A DNA stretch of 24,258 bases from a virus (lineage: Duplodnaviria; Caudoviricetes): IMG/VR virus record IMGVR_UViG_3300009155_000255, positions 1 to 24,258 of that record; one strand, 5' to 3'. Both the position numbers and the translations under genes were made by a program. The notes below the pieces were generated by a model. It ran no database searches. It saw only the letters and a list, made by a program, of their open reading frames with translations, and was not told the DNA's origin. This document shows positions 6,362-15,819 of this stretch, piece after piece (the first letter of the stretch is position 1; the number at the start of each line of letters is the position of its first letter).

Positions 6362-8493
6362 TACGAATAATTATTAAATCTTCTCCTTTTGTTTCTTTTT
6401 AATAAACTCATTATAATACCCATAGTGCCATATTTCCAGTCTATTGGCGTTCGTGGCTCTTTAATCACATCATCATAATTTTGCGCCTTTACATTTAAAT
6501 ATCTAAATGCTTCATTTCCTAATTGGGTAAAATCGTTATTATTAGATGTGTTTCTAAGTTCAACCATTGTAAATTCTGCCGATTCATTTCGTACATCAAT
6601 ATTTAATGTAGTAATCATAAACTCTTTATCTGAAATAGCAGAAAACTCAACTGTATTTAACGGTGAAATTAATCTACTTCCCTGATATAAATCATATAAT
6701 CTACCCTCCATTCTTTGAAAATTACGATACATCGCCCGCCAATATCCCCTTGCATTATACTTAGCAAAGTTTACGGCTGTATTGTCGTTTGCGCTGTAAT
6801 ATTTCCAGTTATTTAATTGCGTATAATTGCTTGCAAGTATTGCGCCCTGTGTGCCTATATTATCTGATTTGCTTAAAAATATCTCATTATCGTATAAGTT
6901 TTTTAATTCGCTAACCTGACTATTTTTATATTCGTACCCGTCAACCTCAAGCATTTCGTTAAAATATGTCCTAATATCTATAGACATATCTTTATAATGC
7001 ACTTCATTATTAGCCGTTCTGCTATGCCCTATACTTGTAAACTCAATTGTTAATTTACCATTTTCTGGGAAAGGCTGTGCCTGTATTTCATAGTCTTTCC
7101 AAAACCTACGATCTTCAGCACTTGACCATGCAACCCCTACCCTACGCCACAAATTATACGACCATGTTCCTGTAGAAGATAAAGTATAAAAATTACCGTC
7201 TGCCAATTCTAATTTGACATATACAAACTGATTTGTATTAACAAAGCCTGTATTTTTCTCCCTTGTAGAATAAGATAAATTTAATACATCATTTGCATTT
7301 ACCCAATATTCTGTAGTTTGTTTTGCATTATCATTATTTGGGTTAGTATCTTCATAAAACAATAGATACCTTGTTAGCTCTGCATTAGTTGTATTATCTA
7401 CCTCTACTCCTACATATGCTGTACTTCCTGTGGATGTTGGATTTTCTCCGTTTTGCCAATATAAAATGCTATAAACTTGCCTTTGTAGTGTTATGGCTGT
7501 AATTACATTATTAACTATTATAAACCTTGTAATGTTTCCAGACAAAGGACTGCTAAATGTACCGTCTAATAAATCCCAATTCCTAAAAAATATGGGAGGC
7601 ATTTTAAAACTATACTTTATTACAGTTTCTTTAAATTCCTTTTCCCAACTTGTTAAGGCATCCGCATTTATTAGCTTAGTAACCTTATCCAAACCAATAT
7701 CTATGCTGAAATCCTGATTTGTGACCGTTTGCTGAAATGTTCCTGATGAATTACGCCTATTTCCGTCAAGATCCGCCGCTATTCTGTCATTAGTCTGTAA
7801 AATATACCATGCCCCCCTTGCCTGAAACAAAGTACATCCATATGCCTGCATGATCTTTGACAATACGGTATAGCAGTCGTCAAATTCACGTGGGCCACGA
7901 ATGAATGTATGTGAAGTTACATGAGAATAATAGAAAGCGTCAAAATCGCCGTTTGTAGCCCTCTGAGATGCGCTAGCAGGGTACATATTGATATAACTCC
8001 AATAATCTAACCCCAATTCTGTTTTATCTAAGGCATAAGCTATAAAATCCTTAACCCTATAAATGCCCCATACCTCATTACCTGATAAATCCGCTAATTC
8101 TATGGATTTGATAAGAGATAAGCCATCCGATGCGGATAATTCTATTTCGTTTGTAGTATCTAAAAATTGCTCAGTAATATAATCATTATCCAGCCACCCT
8201 ACCCACTCAACATTATTATTTACATACACTTTTACCTTGTATTGTGTATCGGATGTAATCAGTAAATCGTCCGTATTGATATTATTAGATATAACCTTTA
8301 TCCTTAGCCTGCTTTCTCTGATACCACACATTTTGTCAAATTCCCCGTCTGGGTAGGATATTTCCAACGGCATATCACCCGATGCTGTTAGGTTAGTTAT
8401 GCTACCGGCAAAGGCATCTTCTTCTATATCTATTTTAATAGATCTACCCTTTACAGTATCAAACTCTATTCTATATTTTGTGTTATATGCCAT
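6361..8493 (-). CDS. Tail tip/hub protein (putative), 710 aa
   Basis: Immediately follows the tape measure gene (TAATG overlap); W.GWL and IELSASDGLSLIK motifs typical of post-TMP proteins; beta-rich. Confidence 0.65.
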   Translation of the reverse strand: MAYNTKYRIEFDTVKGRSIKIDIEEDAFAGSITNLTASGDMPLEISYPDGEFDKMCGIRESRLRIKVISNNINTDDLLITSDTQYKVKVYVNNNVEWVGWLDNDYITEQFLDTTNEIELSASDGLSLIKSIELADLSGNEVWGIYRVKDFIAYALDKTELGLDYWSYINMYPASASQRATNGDFDAFYYSHVTSHTFIRGPREFDDCYTVLSKIMQAYGCTLFQARGAWYILQTNDRIAADLDGNRRNSSGTFQQTVTNQDFSIDIGLDKVTKLINADALTSWEKEFKETVIKYSFKMPPIFFRNWDLLDGTFSSPLSGNITRFIIVNNVITAITLQRQVYSILYWQNGENPTSTGSTAYVGVEVDNTTNAELTRYLLFYEDTNPNNDNAKQTTEYWVNANDVLNLSYSTREKNTGFVNTNQFVYVKLELADGNFYTLSSTGTWSYNLWRRVGVAWSSAEDRRFWKDYEIQAQPFPENGKLTIEFTSIGHSRTANNEVHYKDMSIDIRTYFNEMLEVDGYEYKNSQVSELKNLYDNEIFLSKSDNIGTQGAILASNYTQLNNWKYYSANDNTAVNFAKYNARGYWRAMYRNFQRMEGRLYDLYQGSRLISPLNTVEFSAISDKEFMITTLNIDVRNESAEFTMVELRNTSNNNDFTQLGNEAFRYLNVKAQNYDDVIKEPRTPIDWKYGTMGIIMSLLKRNKRRRFNNYS

Positions 8494-10361
8494 TATCTAC
8501 CCCTACTTAGTAAAAAAGAAAATACATCACCACGCATAGTTGCAAGACCCGTACCGCTTACCGCTGCCCCTGCCGCTGGGCCACCTATTGCAGATGTAAC
8601 CGCCTTTAAAATTAAGGATTTTATTACGGCTTTTCCTAATTCTATAACTAATTGTTTTACGCTATTTTGCAATACCTCAAAAGGATCTTCGCCTTTGACT
8701 ACCGCTTCAAATACGCTTTCCAATGCAGGACTTAAAAATCCAGATATAGTATTTGCTAACTCTTCATTTTTTTTCTGCAAATCAGATAAAGCCTTTTGTT
8801 GCGCTTTGTAGTTTTCTAAAAATAGCTTGCCTGTTTCATTAAGAGCCTTTATTACTTTCTTTTGTGTTTCGCCTAATGCTTTTTCTGTATAGCTTCCGAT
8901 ATTGTTAGTATATTCCTGTACGCCTGCATTTATTTCGGCTAATCTTTTATCTCTTACAAACTTATCAAATGCACTTTGGAACTGATCAAAATCGGCTTTA
9001 ACTCTTATCCATGCGGCACTTGTTTCTTTTACTCCAGCTAAATAAAGGGTTTTTAATGTTTCGCCCGCTAACTCTAATCTTTTCTTTGTTCCGTCTATTT
9101 GCCTGTTTTGCTCATCCCAATTAATGCCTTTTAATTGCTCATTATATTGCTTTAATAAATCAACAATTTCATTTGTGGCTTTTGAAGCAGACTTTTGCGC
9201 CTTTTCATTACCCAACGCTAAGGCATTTGTAGCTGGCAATTGCCTTTCATATTCGGCTCTTAACTTTTGATTATCTGCTAAAATCTGAGATGCTATATCC
9301 CTACCCTCTTTTTGTATCTGATTCCTTCTGCTTTCATTATTTTCTATTTCTGCGGAAAATGCTTCAATAACTTGGTAGTTAGGAATTGTAGCCGTTAATG
9401 CCTTATTATACTTAGCCCTAAGTTCTACTAACTTATTTTCTATTTCTGAAGACTTTTGCAGGGCATTATTTCTATTATCAAATAGCTTTACGTTATTTTC
9501 CGCAATTCTATTTATAAGTAACTCCGCTGTAGCCCTTCCCTCTATCGCTTTAATGTATTCCCTTGTAATGCGTGCGCCTTCCTGTGTGGCTATATTTTGA
9601 GCCGTTAATTTACCAATGGTATCGGGAAGTATTTTGTTAAGTCTTTCTAATGCCTGCGCCCTTTCATTTTCGGTATTATTAGCACTTTTTGCAATATTTA
9701 CTAATGCCTCAAATTCTACCCTTTGCTTAGTTATTGTAGTAACTAACTGATCTGTCCCCTGTTTTAATTTATCTTGATCTTCTTTAACTTTTTGCGCACT
9801 TGCACCCCATCTACTAAAACCTAATTGTGCAAATTGCAAAGCAGATGTAATTAACGAAACGGCAATTATTAAACCTCCCCCACCTGTTAATGATGCTGTT
9901 AATGCAGATAATGCCGCTTTACCAGATCCTGTTTCTTTTCTTAATGCTATAAATGATTGTACTAACGGATCTATGTTATTGGCAATACCTATTAATCCAA
10001 AAGGCGCATCCGATGCAACCCTACTAAAATTTGTTAAGGCTACAGTAGCTTGGTTTGTGCCTTGTGTTGTATTACTATTATTTCTGTTTAATATTAATAA
10101 TGAATTATTTAAGACATTTACTTCTTTTGATGTCTTACTAATTAACGACCCTAATCTCTGATATTGTTCTGTAGATAAATTTGGGTTTGCGGCTAACCTT
10201 TGTAACCTTTCCAGTTGGTTATTTAAAATATTAATGCTCTTTAACCCTAATGTTTCTGTGGCATTACTTGCATTAATTAATTCACTATTGAATTTATTTA
10301 TGTTAGTAATCGCTTGCTGTACGTCAGCAGATATTTTAATTTGTAATCCTTCCGCCGCCAT
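8493..10361 (-). CDS. Tape measure protein, 622 aa
   Basis: Follows the chaperone pair; starts LQIKISAD; Ala/Leu/Gln-rich helical sequence; SDAPFGLIGIANNI motif and hydrophobic segments. Confidence 0.85.
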   Translation of the reverse strand: MAAEGLQIKISADVQQAITNINKFNSELINASNATETLGLKSINILNNQLERLQRLAANPNLSTEQYQRLGSLISKTSKEVNVLNNSLLILNRNNSNTTQGTNQATVALTNFSRVASDAPFGLIGIANNIDPLVQSFIALRKETGSGKAALSALTASLTGGGGLIIAVSLITSALQFAQLGFSRWGASAQKVKEDQDKLKQGTDQLVTTITKQRVEFEALVNIAKSANNTENERAQALERLNKILPDTIGKLTAQNIATQEGARITREYIKAIEGRATAELLINRIAENNVKLFDNRNNALQKSSEIENKLVELRAKYNKALTATIPNYQVIEAFSAEIENNESRRNQIQKEGRDIASQILADNQKLRAEYERQLPATNALALGNEKAQKSASKATNEIVDLLKQYNEQLKGINWDEQNRQIDGTKKRLELAGETLKTLYLAGVKETSAAWIRVKADFDQFQSAFDKFVRDKRLAEINAGVQEYTNNIGSYTEKALGETQKKVIKALNETGKLFLENYKAQQKALSDLQKKNEELANTISGFLSPALESVFEAVVKGEDPFEVLQNSVKQLVIELGKAVIKSLILKAVTSAIGGPAAGAAVSGTGLATMRGDVFSFLLSRGR

Positions 10362-10653
10362 TTTCTTTTAACCTTTTTAACTTATCCATTAATCTTTTTT
10401 CCCTGCTGTTTTCCTCTATCTTATCATCAGGCAATGGCCAATAGTTTTTATAAAATTGGCTCATATTCAACTGTTTGCTAAGGTGAGGGGCGATTGTAAA
10501 ATACGCTTGCCGCCTTGCTATTTCATGTTGATCTATGAGCCTTTTATTATACCCTTCGATAAATTGATAAAAATCGCTGGGCTTCATCCACATATACTCT
10601 TCAGGCCTTAATCCGGCTGCATAGGCTGTGATTCTTGTATTATGCCAATCTGC
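10336..10653 (-). CDS. Tail assembly chaperone -1 frameshift extension (lambda gpT analogue)
   Basis: The -1 frame is open from the slippery site: KKADWHNTRITAYAAGLRPEEYMWMKPSDFY..., in frame with the listed ORF 10336..10593. Confidence 0.8.
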   Translation of the reverse strand, partial: ADWHNTRITAYAAGLRPEEYMWMKPSDFYQFIEGYNKRLIDQHEIARRQAYFTIAPHLSKQLNMSQFYKNYWPLPDDKIEENSREKRLMDKLKRLKENGGGRITN

Positions 10654-10994
10654 TTTTTTTTTATCTCTTCTACCTCTTCATTTGCCTCTATTAAAGCATC
10701 CTTTTTTTTCTGTATGGCTTGACAGTTATTAAAATCATTAATTACCTCAATCAACTCACTATTATCTTCACTTGACATCATTCGGCTTTCTACAAAATCG
10801 TAAATCTCTTCAAAAGTGATCGGGTACTTTTGCTGTTTGACTTCGTAATAATTGACCATGCCGGCATAAATAATTCGTGCCATTTGCAAAGAACTATAAT
10901 AAGAAAGGCCGTTATCTTTAGCGGCCTCTCCTAAAAAAATCTCAACTGAAAGCATCCCAAAACGGAGGCTTATTTGTTTATCGTTTATCTTCAT
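10608..10994 (-). CDS. Tail assembly chaperone (lambda gpG analogue)
   Basis: Lies between tail tube and TMP; LRFGM motif; acidic C-terminus ending in KKK at the slippery site. Confidence 0.8.
   Translation of the reverse strand: MKINDKQISLRFGMLSVEIFLGEAAKDNGLSYYSSLQMARIIYAGMVNYYEVKQQKYPITFEEIYDFVESRMMSSEDNSELIEVINDFNNCQAIQKKKDALIEANEEVEEIKKKQIGIIQESQPMQPD
10653..10662 (-). other. Programmed -1 ribosomal frameshift site (A9G, containing A AAA AAG)
   Basis: ATA AAA AAA AAG near the 3' end of the chaperone gene; a -1 slip joins the downstream ORF (10653-10593 = 60 nt, in frame). Confidence 0.8.
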
Positions 10995-10995
10995 A

Positions 10996-11418
10996 TTATG
11001 GGGTTATATCTACTGTTCCTGTTAATTGGAAAGAAGCAGTAAAAGTTACAGCACCTTCCGCAGGCGAAGTTATACCAAACTCAGTAATATATCCACTACC
11101 TTGAACATAAAAATTTGTTCCTGAACCTTCAGGATCTTCATATTTAATATCTAACAAACTGTTTCCCTTAAACCATGAAAGCATATTTTCAACACTAACT
11201 TGCCCTGCACTTGGGGCTGTTTCAGCTACACCATCAATCGCAAAAGTGATCGTTGGGGCGGCTACAGATGTGATTGTGTTACATTTTGTTACCGCTGTAG
11301 TTACAGAAGCAGATCCTGACAGGCTACTTGTTGTTTCACAAACTACGTTTAAATATGCGCCTGTAGTTCCGCTTTCTCTTAATTGTAAAGTGACCGATGT
11401 ACCTTGAATTGTTGCCAT
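10996..11418 (-). CDS. Major tail tube protein
   Basis: IQGTSVTL...VCETTSSLS...TKC...YVQGSGYITEFGITSPAEGAVTFTASFQLTG pattern; canonical position. Confidence 0.8.
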   Translation of the reverse strand: MATIQGTSVTLQLRESGTTGAYLNVVCETTSSLSGSASVTTAVTKCNTITSVAAPTITFAIDGVAETAPSAGQVSVENMLSWFKGNSLLDIKYEDPEGSGTNFYVQGSGYITEFGITSPAEGAVTFTASFQLTGTVDITP

Positions 11419-11419
11419 T

Positions 11420-11863
11420 TTATTTTTCTATTATTAATTGTGTGAATGTTGTTAATCTCCTAACTATCTTTTTAGTTCCTGTATCAATAATCGGCACGTG
11501 CTGACTTCCGCTTTTCCTTACATCTATAATCTGAAAATCCGTATTATCTGACAAGGAACTATTACCTACCGAAGGTATAATCACATTTAAAACCTTTTCC
11601 GTTATGCTGTCAACTATCTTTTTTACCAGATCTACCCTAAAATTGTTTTGGCTAACCACATCAATCAGCACTTGCACATCATTCATAAACTTAGCCTTAT
11701 TAGGGGCATCCGCATCTGTAATGGTAGAAATTAAAATATAGTAATCCCCGCCCGTTTCGTCCGCCTCTTCGTCATATACGTACACTTCGCTACCATTGTA
11801 CGTTACAGCCCCATTTAAGGCGTTAAAATATGCGTCTTTAATAAACTTAATTGGATCTTTCAT
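11420..11863 (-). CDS. Tail terminator/completion protein
   Basis: Position before the tail tube; size; VYVYDE...YYILI...VLIDVVS pattern. Confidence 0.7.
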   Translation of the reverse strand: MKDPIKFIKDAYFNALNGAVTYNGSEVYVYDEEADETGGDYYILISTITDADAPNKAKFMNDVQVLIDVVSQNNFRVDLVKKIVDSITEKVLNVIIPSVGNSSLSDNTDFQIIDVRKSGSQHVPIIDTGTKKIVRRLTTFTQLIIEK

Positions 11864-12384
11864 AAATCAGATATTACCTTGTTAATGCGTTCTATTAATT
11901 TCTTTCTATTTTTTAGGTAAGGATCGAAAAAGTACGGTCTTGGCTCTGATCCATTTTTAATCTTATTTAATGCCGCAATAAATGCTAATTTCTCATTATA
12001 TCCGTTCCGTTTAAGCCATGCCCTCATTTTAGCCACAAACTCCTTAAAGGTACCTTGTTTTTTACCTCTAAATTGCGCCGCATAAGCCGTAACCTCAGAA
12101 GGTATTTTAACCTTTGCACCCGTACCAAACTCTATGAATGGGGCATAATAAACATTGCTAATAAGTTCTACCCCGTCCTTTGTTGGCATTGCCTTTGTGT
12201 TCTGTTGTAATGCCCCTAAATCCTGTATCTTTTGCTGGCTTATTAATGCAAGTTGTTGGCCGTTTACCTCATAACCCCATGCTTGTATTTCCCCTACAAC
12301 CTCTTCCTGTACATCTTTTGGCAAAGTTTTGATTTTTGCCTGTAGCTTATCCAAACCTTGTATTTCAAAAGTAAACTTAGACAT
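11860..12384 (-). CDS. HK97 gp10-like neck/tail component
   Basis: Start at 12384 (MSKFTFEIQGLDKL, TAATG overlap); DLGALQ, YAPFIEFGT and PRPYFF motifs. Confidence 0.8.
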   Translation of the reverse strand: MSKFTFEIQGLDKLQAKIKTLPKDVQEEVVGEIQAWGYEVNGQQLALISQQKIQDLGALQQNTKAMPTKDGVELISNVYYAPFIEFGTGAKVKIPSEVTAYAAQFRGKKQGTFKEFVAKMRAWLKRNGYNEKLAFIAALNKIKNGSEPRPYFFDPYLKNRKKLIERINKVISDL

Positions 12385-12752
12385 TAGGCTATATCTTGGG
12401 ATGTGGCAATAATTCGCCAATATCTACCTTCAGGATTATTTTGCAATTGGCTTGCAAATTTATCCTCCGCCCTTACCCTATCTACCCTGTCAATGCTTTG
12501 TATAGAATAAAATCTATTGCTGTATTCAATCATACAGCGGATAGATATTTCTATGGCAGAATCGTACCTTATTAAAAATTCATAAGATGTTTTAAAGTTA
12601 GCTTTGCCGGCATCAAATCCCCTTGACTGACTAATGGTATTAATTTGCGCCCATAGGTTAGCTACTTCGTCCGATGTCACATCTGGGCCGTCTACCCCCT
12701 CAGTTTGACCCACTACAACAATTTTCACCTTTCTGGCAACACCTATACCCAT
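12384..12752 (-). CDS. Head closure / head-tail adaptor (SPP1 gp16-like)
   Basis: LWAQI...YEFLIRY...MIEYSNRFYSIQSI pattern; position. Confidence 0.75.
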   Translation of the reverse strand: MGIGVARKVKIVVVGQTEGVDGPDVTSDEVANLWAQINTISQSRGFDAGKANFKTSYEFLIRYDSAIEISIRCMIEYSNRFYSIQSIDRVDRVRAEDKFASQLQNNPEGRYWRIIATSQDIA

Positions 12753-13276
12753 GTCAGTACTTTTAATGTTTTGGCATTGCTCATTAATTCGTCTGGCATA
12801 TTATCGCTATCATCCCCTCTATTTTCGTACAACCATAACAAAATTCGTTTTAAGTCCGTTTTAAGCCCTGAATCTGCATTTGCAGTAGTTGTATAGGTAA
12901 TTTCATAAATAGCGGCAAAATGCGGCCTAAATTGCCTGTCATTGTATCCTATAACCTGATATTCATCTGGATCTAATGTCTCCCATTCATTAACGCCTGT
13001 GTCTACCGTTTGCCCGTCCAGATATTTGACCGCAGATAGCGCAGAAATAGGCGCATAAGGTAGCATAAAAGCAGTGTCAACATATCCTGTTAAGGTTATA
13101 GATTTAGCGACTAAGGAACGCAAAGTATATGCTTCTATTCTTTTACGGGCTACCGTAATAAGATCCGTTATTATTGTATCATCATCTTCTGTGCTAACCC
13201 TTAACCAGTCTTTTGCAGTTGCAAGATTAACAGGCTCTGCACCGTCCGATACCTTTATTTCGTAAATATTATTCAT
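12743..13276 (-). CDS. Head-tail connector protein (HK97 gp6/SPP1 gp15-like, long form)
   Basis: EPVNLATAKDWLRV..DDDTIITDLITVARKRIE and LWLYENRG motifs. Confidence 0.85.
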   Translation of the reverse strand: MNNIYEIKVSDGAEPVNLATAKDWLRVSTEDDDTIITDLITVARKRIEAYTLRSLVAKSITLTGYVDTAFMLPYAPISALSAVKYLDGQTVDTGVNEWETLDPDEYQVIGYNDRQFRPHFAAIYEITYTTTANADSGLKTDLKRILLWLYENRGDDSDNMPDELMSNAKTLKVLTWV

Positions 13277-13326
13277 TTTATCAAAATTAATCTTACAATA
13301 AGGCTAAAAAATATAGTTTGTCAACT
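13277..13326 (-). promoter_or_regulatory. Putative late promoter for the neck/tail operon
   Basis: AGTTGACA (13326-13319), 29 bp, TAATTTTG (13289-13282), 5 bp, ATG. Confidence 0.65.
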
Positions 13327-13347
13327 AACATTTTTCTAATTTTGGCT

Positions 13348-13402
13348 TTCTCATATAGTTTAGGTTTTATGTTCCCCGCTTGTTTCTACAGGCGGGTTTT
13401 TT
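13348..13402 (+). ncRNA. Candidate small RNA (~55 nt) transcribed opposite to the late genes
   Basis: Plus-strand TAATTTTG at 13337-13344, followed within about 30 nt by a plus-oriented terminator. The 5' end is approximate. Confidence 0.35.
13375..13402 (+). terminator. Intrinsic terminator oriented on the plus strand
   Basis: CCCGCTTGT-TTCT-ACAGGCGGG-TTTTTT. The U-tract and the U.G wobble pair only work in plus-strand RNA. Confidence 0.7.
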
Positions 13403-14339
13403 ATTTACAGATAAAATCTTCTAATTCCTTAAACTTAGGTTTTAACTGATCTGCCCGCTTTAATCCCTTTTTGCTCCATTTTTTATAATAGACATCATCC
13501 GTCATTAACTTATTTATTTCAGATGCCCATTTTTCGGTATCTTTTCTATTTATACAAATACCCGCATCCCCTACGTTTTCAAGTAATCCCGCTGTAGGAT
13601 TATATATTACAGGGATGCCGTTTATCATCCCTTCACCTGCAACCATGCCCCAAGATTCGTAATGGCTTGGCACTAATAACACCTTTGTCACTTTATATAT
13701 TTCACGAATATCTGGCGTATTTGGTAATATTTTAACGTTTGGCAGATTTTCAATATGCTGGCCATCATAACTACCCCTTACCCCTAAAAATTGAAATTGT
13801 GGCAACCTTTTTGCCATTGCATAAAAATATCTTGAGCCCTTGTTTTGGTTTAAATTAATCAAAGTAATATATTTCCTTTCCTTATCATCTGTTTTGACCC
13901 ATTCATCAATCGGAGGTGGAAAAACAATAGAAGGCCATTTATAGCCCAATGATAATTTGCACCATTCAGAATTATAAATAACATTAACAGGAATAGGCGA
14001 ATCTTTTACACTTGGGTAGGATGTATCGTTATGTACTATATGAACAAATGGTTTATTATACTTTTGGCAAGTATGGGTAGTCCATTTATTGTAATCTAAA
14101 TGTGAAATAACGACATCCGCCCATGTAAATAGTTTATCTATAATGTATTCATCTGGGGGGAATACATCTACCCCCTCATATGTGTACATCTCAGTAATTT
14201 TATACTGATTAGCTTGATGAAGCAATATTTTAACTTCATGGCCTTGACTTATTAAATGCCTATTAATATTGCGTGCCATTGCCTCCGCCCCACTTCCATG
14301 TTTTGGGAAGTACAAATGTATAGACCATAGAATTTTCAT
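13401..14339 (-). CDS. Glycosyltransferase, GT4 family (GT-B fold)
   Basis: Start at 14339 (MKILWSIH, ATGA overlap); GSGAE, GHEVKI, NKG and LVPSHYESWGMVAGEGMINGIPVI (E-x7-E). Confidence 0.88.
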   Translation of the reverse strand: MKILWSIHLYFPKHGSGAEAMARNINRHLISQGHEVKILLHQANQYKITEMYTYEGVDVFPPDEYIIDKLFTWADVVISHLDYNKWTTHTCQKYNKPFVHIVHNDTSYPSVKDSPIPVNVIYNSEWCKLSLGYKWPSIVFPPPIDEWVKTDDKERKYITLINLNQNKGSRYFYAMAKRLPQFQFLGVRGSYDGQHIENLPNVKILPNTPDIREIYKVTKVLLVPSHYESWGMVAGEGMINGIPVIYNPTAGLLENVGDAGICINRKDTEKWASEINKLMTDDVYYKKWSKKGLKRADQLKPKFKELEDFICK

Positions 14340-15091
14340 ATAACTATCCAATTTTGGTGATAAATGTCTTTTGCTGAAATATCTACATGAGGCCCAAACC
14401 ATTTAGATGGGGCAATTACTTTCTTATCGGGATGATCTGCTAATATAGCCGCCATTGCCGAAAAGCTACTATTTGCTATTATAAAATGTTTGCATCGTTT
14501 CATTAGCCTAAAATCGTCTATGTAATTACCAGATAAGTATAAAGCCTCAATCCCTACCCTCTTTTTTGCAAACTCTAAATCATCTGAAAAAACGATATAC
14601 TGTGTATCTGCCGGCATTAATTTAAATGCCTCTTTGTAATATTCCTCTGAGCATCTGGGATGATAAGCATTTGGATCGTCTAAATAATCACCCGCCCTAA
14701 CATGAATAGCACAAAAGTTATTTTGCTTAGGCTCATTTACCATAGTAAAATAATGCCTTATTTCATCCATGCAATGTTCAAAGAATTTAGGGCTTTGTAG
14801 ATGGGCATCTATATTCCAATCACAATTTGACAGATCGACATCTTTATATCCCCAAAAATACCCGTAACTATTTATATGTCTGCCGTCTGGCAAAATAGGT
14901 AACTTATTTACAAAAAACCTATCCATAGTATCTGCAAAATCCCCAAACAAGGCGTTATCTCTATTCACCCATTTAGGAAAGGCAAATGATGTATTATTAC
15001 GCTTTGCAATACCTATAACGCCTGCAATTGTCCATAACTGATTTCCAAACCTACCTAACCCGCCGTTTCCTATGCTTAAAGCCGTTACCAT
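14336..15091 (-). CDS. Alpha-1,2-fucosyltransferase-like glycosyltransferase, GT11
   Basis: GRFGNQL, QSPKFF, AIHVRAGDY, VFSDD, CKHFIIANSSFS and VIAPSKWF motifs. Confidence 0.9.
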   Translation of the reverse strand: MVTALSIGNGGLGRFGNQLWTIAGVIGIAKRNNTSFAFPKWVNRDNALFGDFADTMDRFFVNKLPILPDGRHINSYGYFWGYKDVDLSNCDWNIDAHLQSPKFFEHCMDEIRHYFTMVNEPKQNNFCAIHVRAGDYLDDPNAYHPRCSEEYYKEAFKLMPADTQYIVFSDDLEFAKKRVGIEALYLSGNYIDDFRLMKRCKHFIIANSSFSAMAAILADHPDKKVIAPSKWFGPHVDISAKDIYHQNWIVI

Positions 15092-15819
15092 TCGTTATTA
15101 CGTTTTCTATGATGATTAAATATTACAGGGTAATTATCTTCAGCAAATTGCGGATGCTTATCATAAATAAATTGACCGCCGTTATAATGCGCCGCCCACC
15201 AATGTAATTTAATTGCGTATTTATAAGCCAAACAGGTTAAGATAGCCTGATCATGCCTATGCTCTATAAAATGTAAATAATTTTGTGTATTGCTTTGACT
15301 GTCATCTATAAACCCGTTTACTTGGCATAATTTAAGCCATTCCCTAACAAACATTCTTGCCTGTAAAGTGTTTTTAATTATAATAACAGATGCCTGCACT
15401 TGCCTTGCCTCCATGTCGTACGAAAGTTCCCAATTCGGTAAAATAAAATCCATTACATCCATTTTACACCAATCTAAATGCCTGTAGTTATTACCGAATA
15501 GCCATACATCAGAATCCATCCGCTCTATTATCAGTTTTAGACTATTTACAAACTCCACCCCCGCATCGCTATAAACAAATATGTCATTTTCAGGTAGTTC
15601 GCTTAATTTCCTTTCTATAATGTACGGCTTCCATAGCCAATAACCCGCACCCCTTTCTTTGCTTAACACATCATGATTCATCCGTTTAAATTCCTCAGAA
15701 TAGCATGATTGATTATACATAATAGATATGTCCGCCCCGTTATTTAACGCACTATTGCGGCATACAATTCCGCTTTGTGACATATTTTGGTCGCTAAATG
15801 TGATATGGGTAATATTCAT
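15085..15819 (-). CDS. Putative GT-A-fold nucleotide-sugar transferase
   Basis: GAGYWLWKPYII, VYSDAG and EHRHDQAIL motifs; sits within the GT cluster. Exact family uncertain. Confidence 0.65.
   Translation of the reverse strand: MNITHITFSDQNMSQSGIVCRNSALNNGADISIMYNQSCYSEEFKRMNHDVLSKERGAGYWLWKPYIIERKLSELPENDIFVYSDAGVEFVNSLKLIIERMDSDVWLFGNNYRHLDWCKMDVMDFILPNWELSYDMEARQVQASVIIIKNTLQARMFVREWLKLCQVNGFIDDSQSNTQNYLHFIEHRHDQAILTCLAYKYAIKLHWWAAHYNGGQFIYDKHPQFAEDNYPVIFNHHRKRNNEW

Noticed and set aside
11608-11616. Extra TGTCAACTA box inside the tail terminator gene (also TGTCAACA near 13075 and 18260)
   Set aside because: At 11608 there is no YAnnTTTG element at the 29-31 bp spacing. The other two deviate from the AGTTGACA box and lie inside coding sequence; probably chance.
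13325-13354. Nine-codon minus-strand mini-ORF MRKPKLEKC with an A-rich leader
   Set aside because: Too short to support from sequence alone; the same bases are explained by the promoter and sRNA candidate. It remains an alternative reading.
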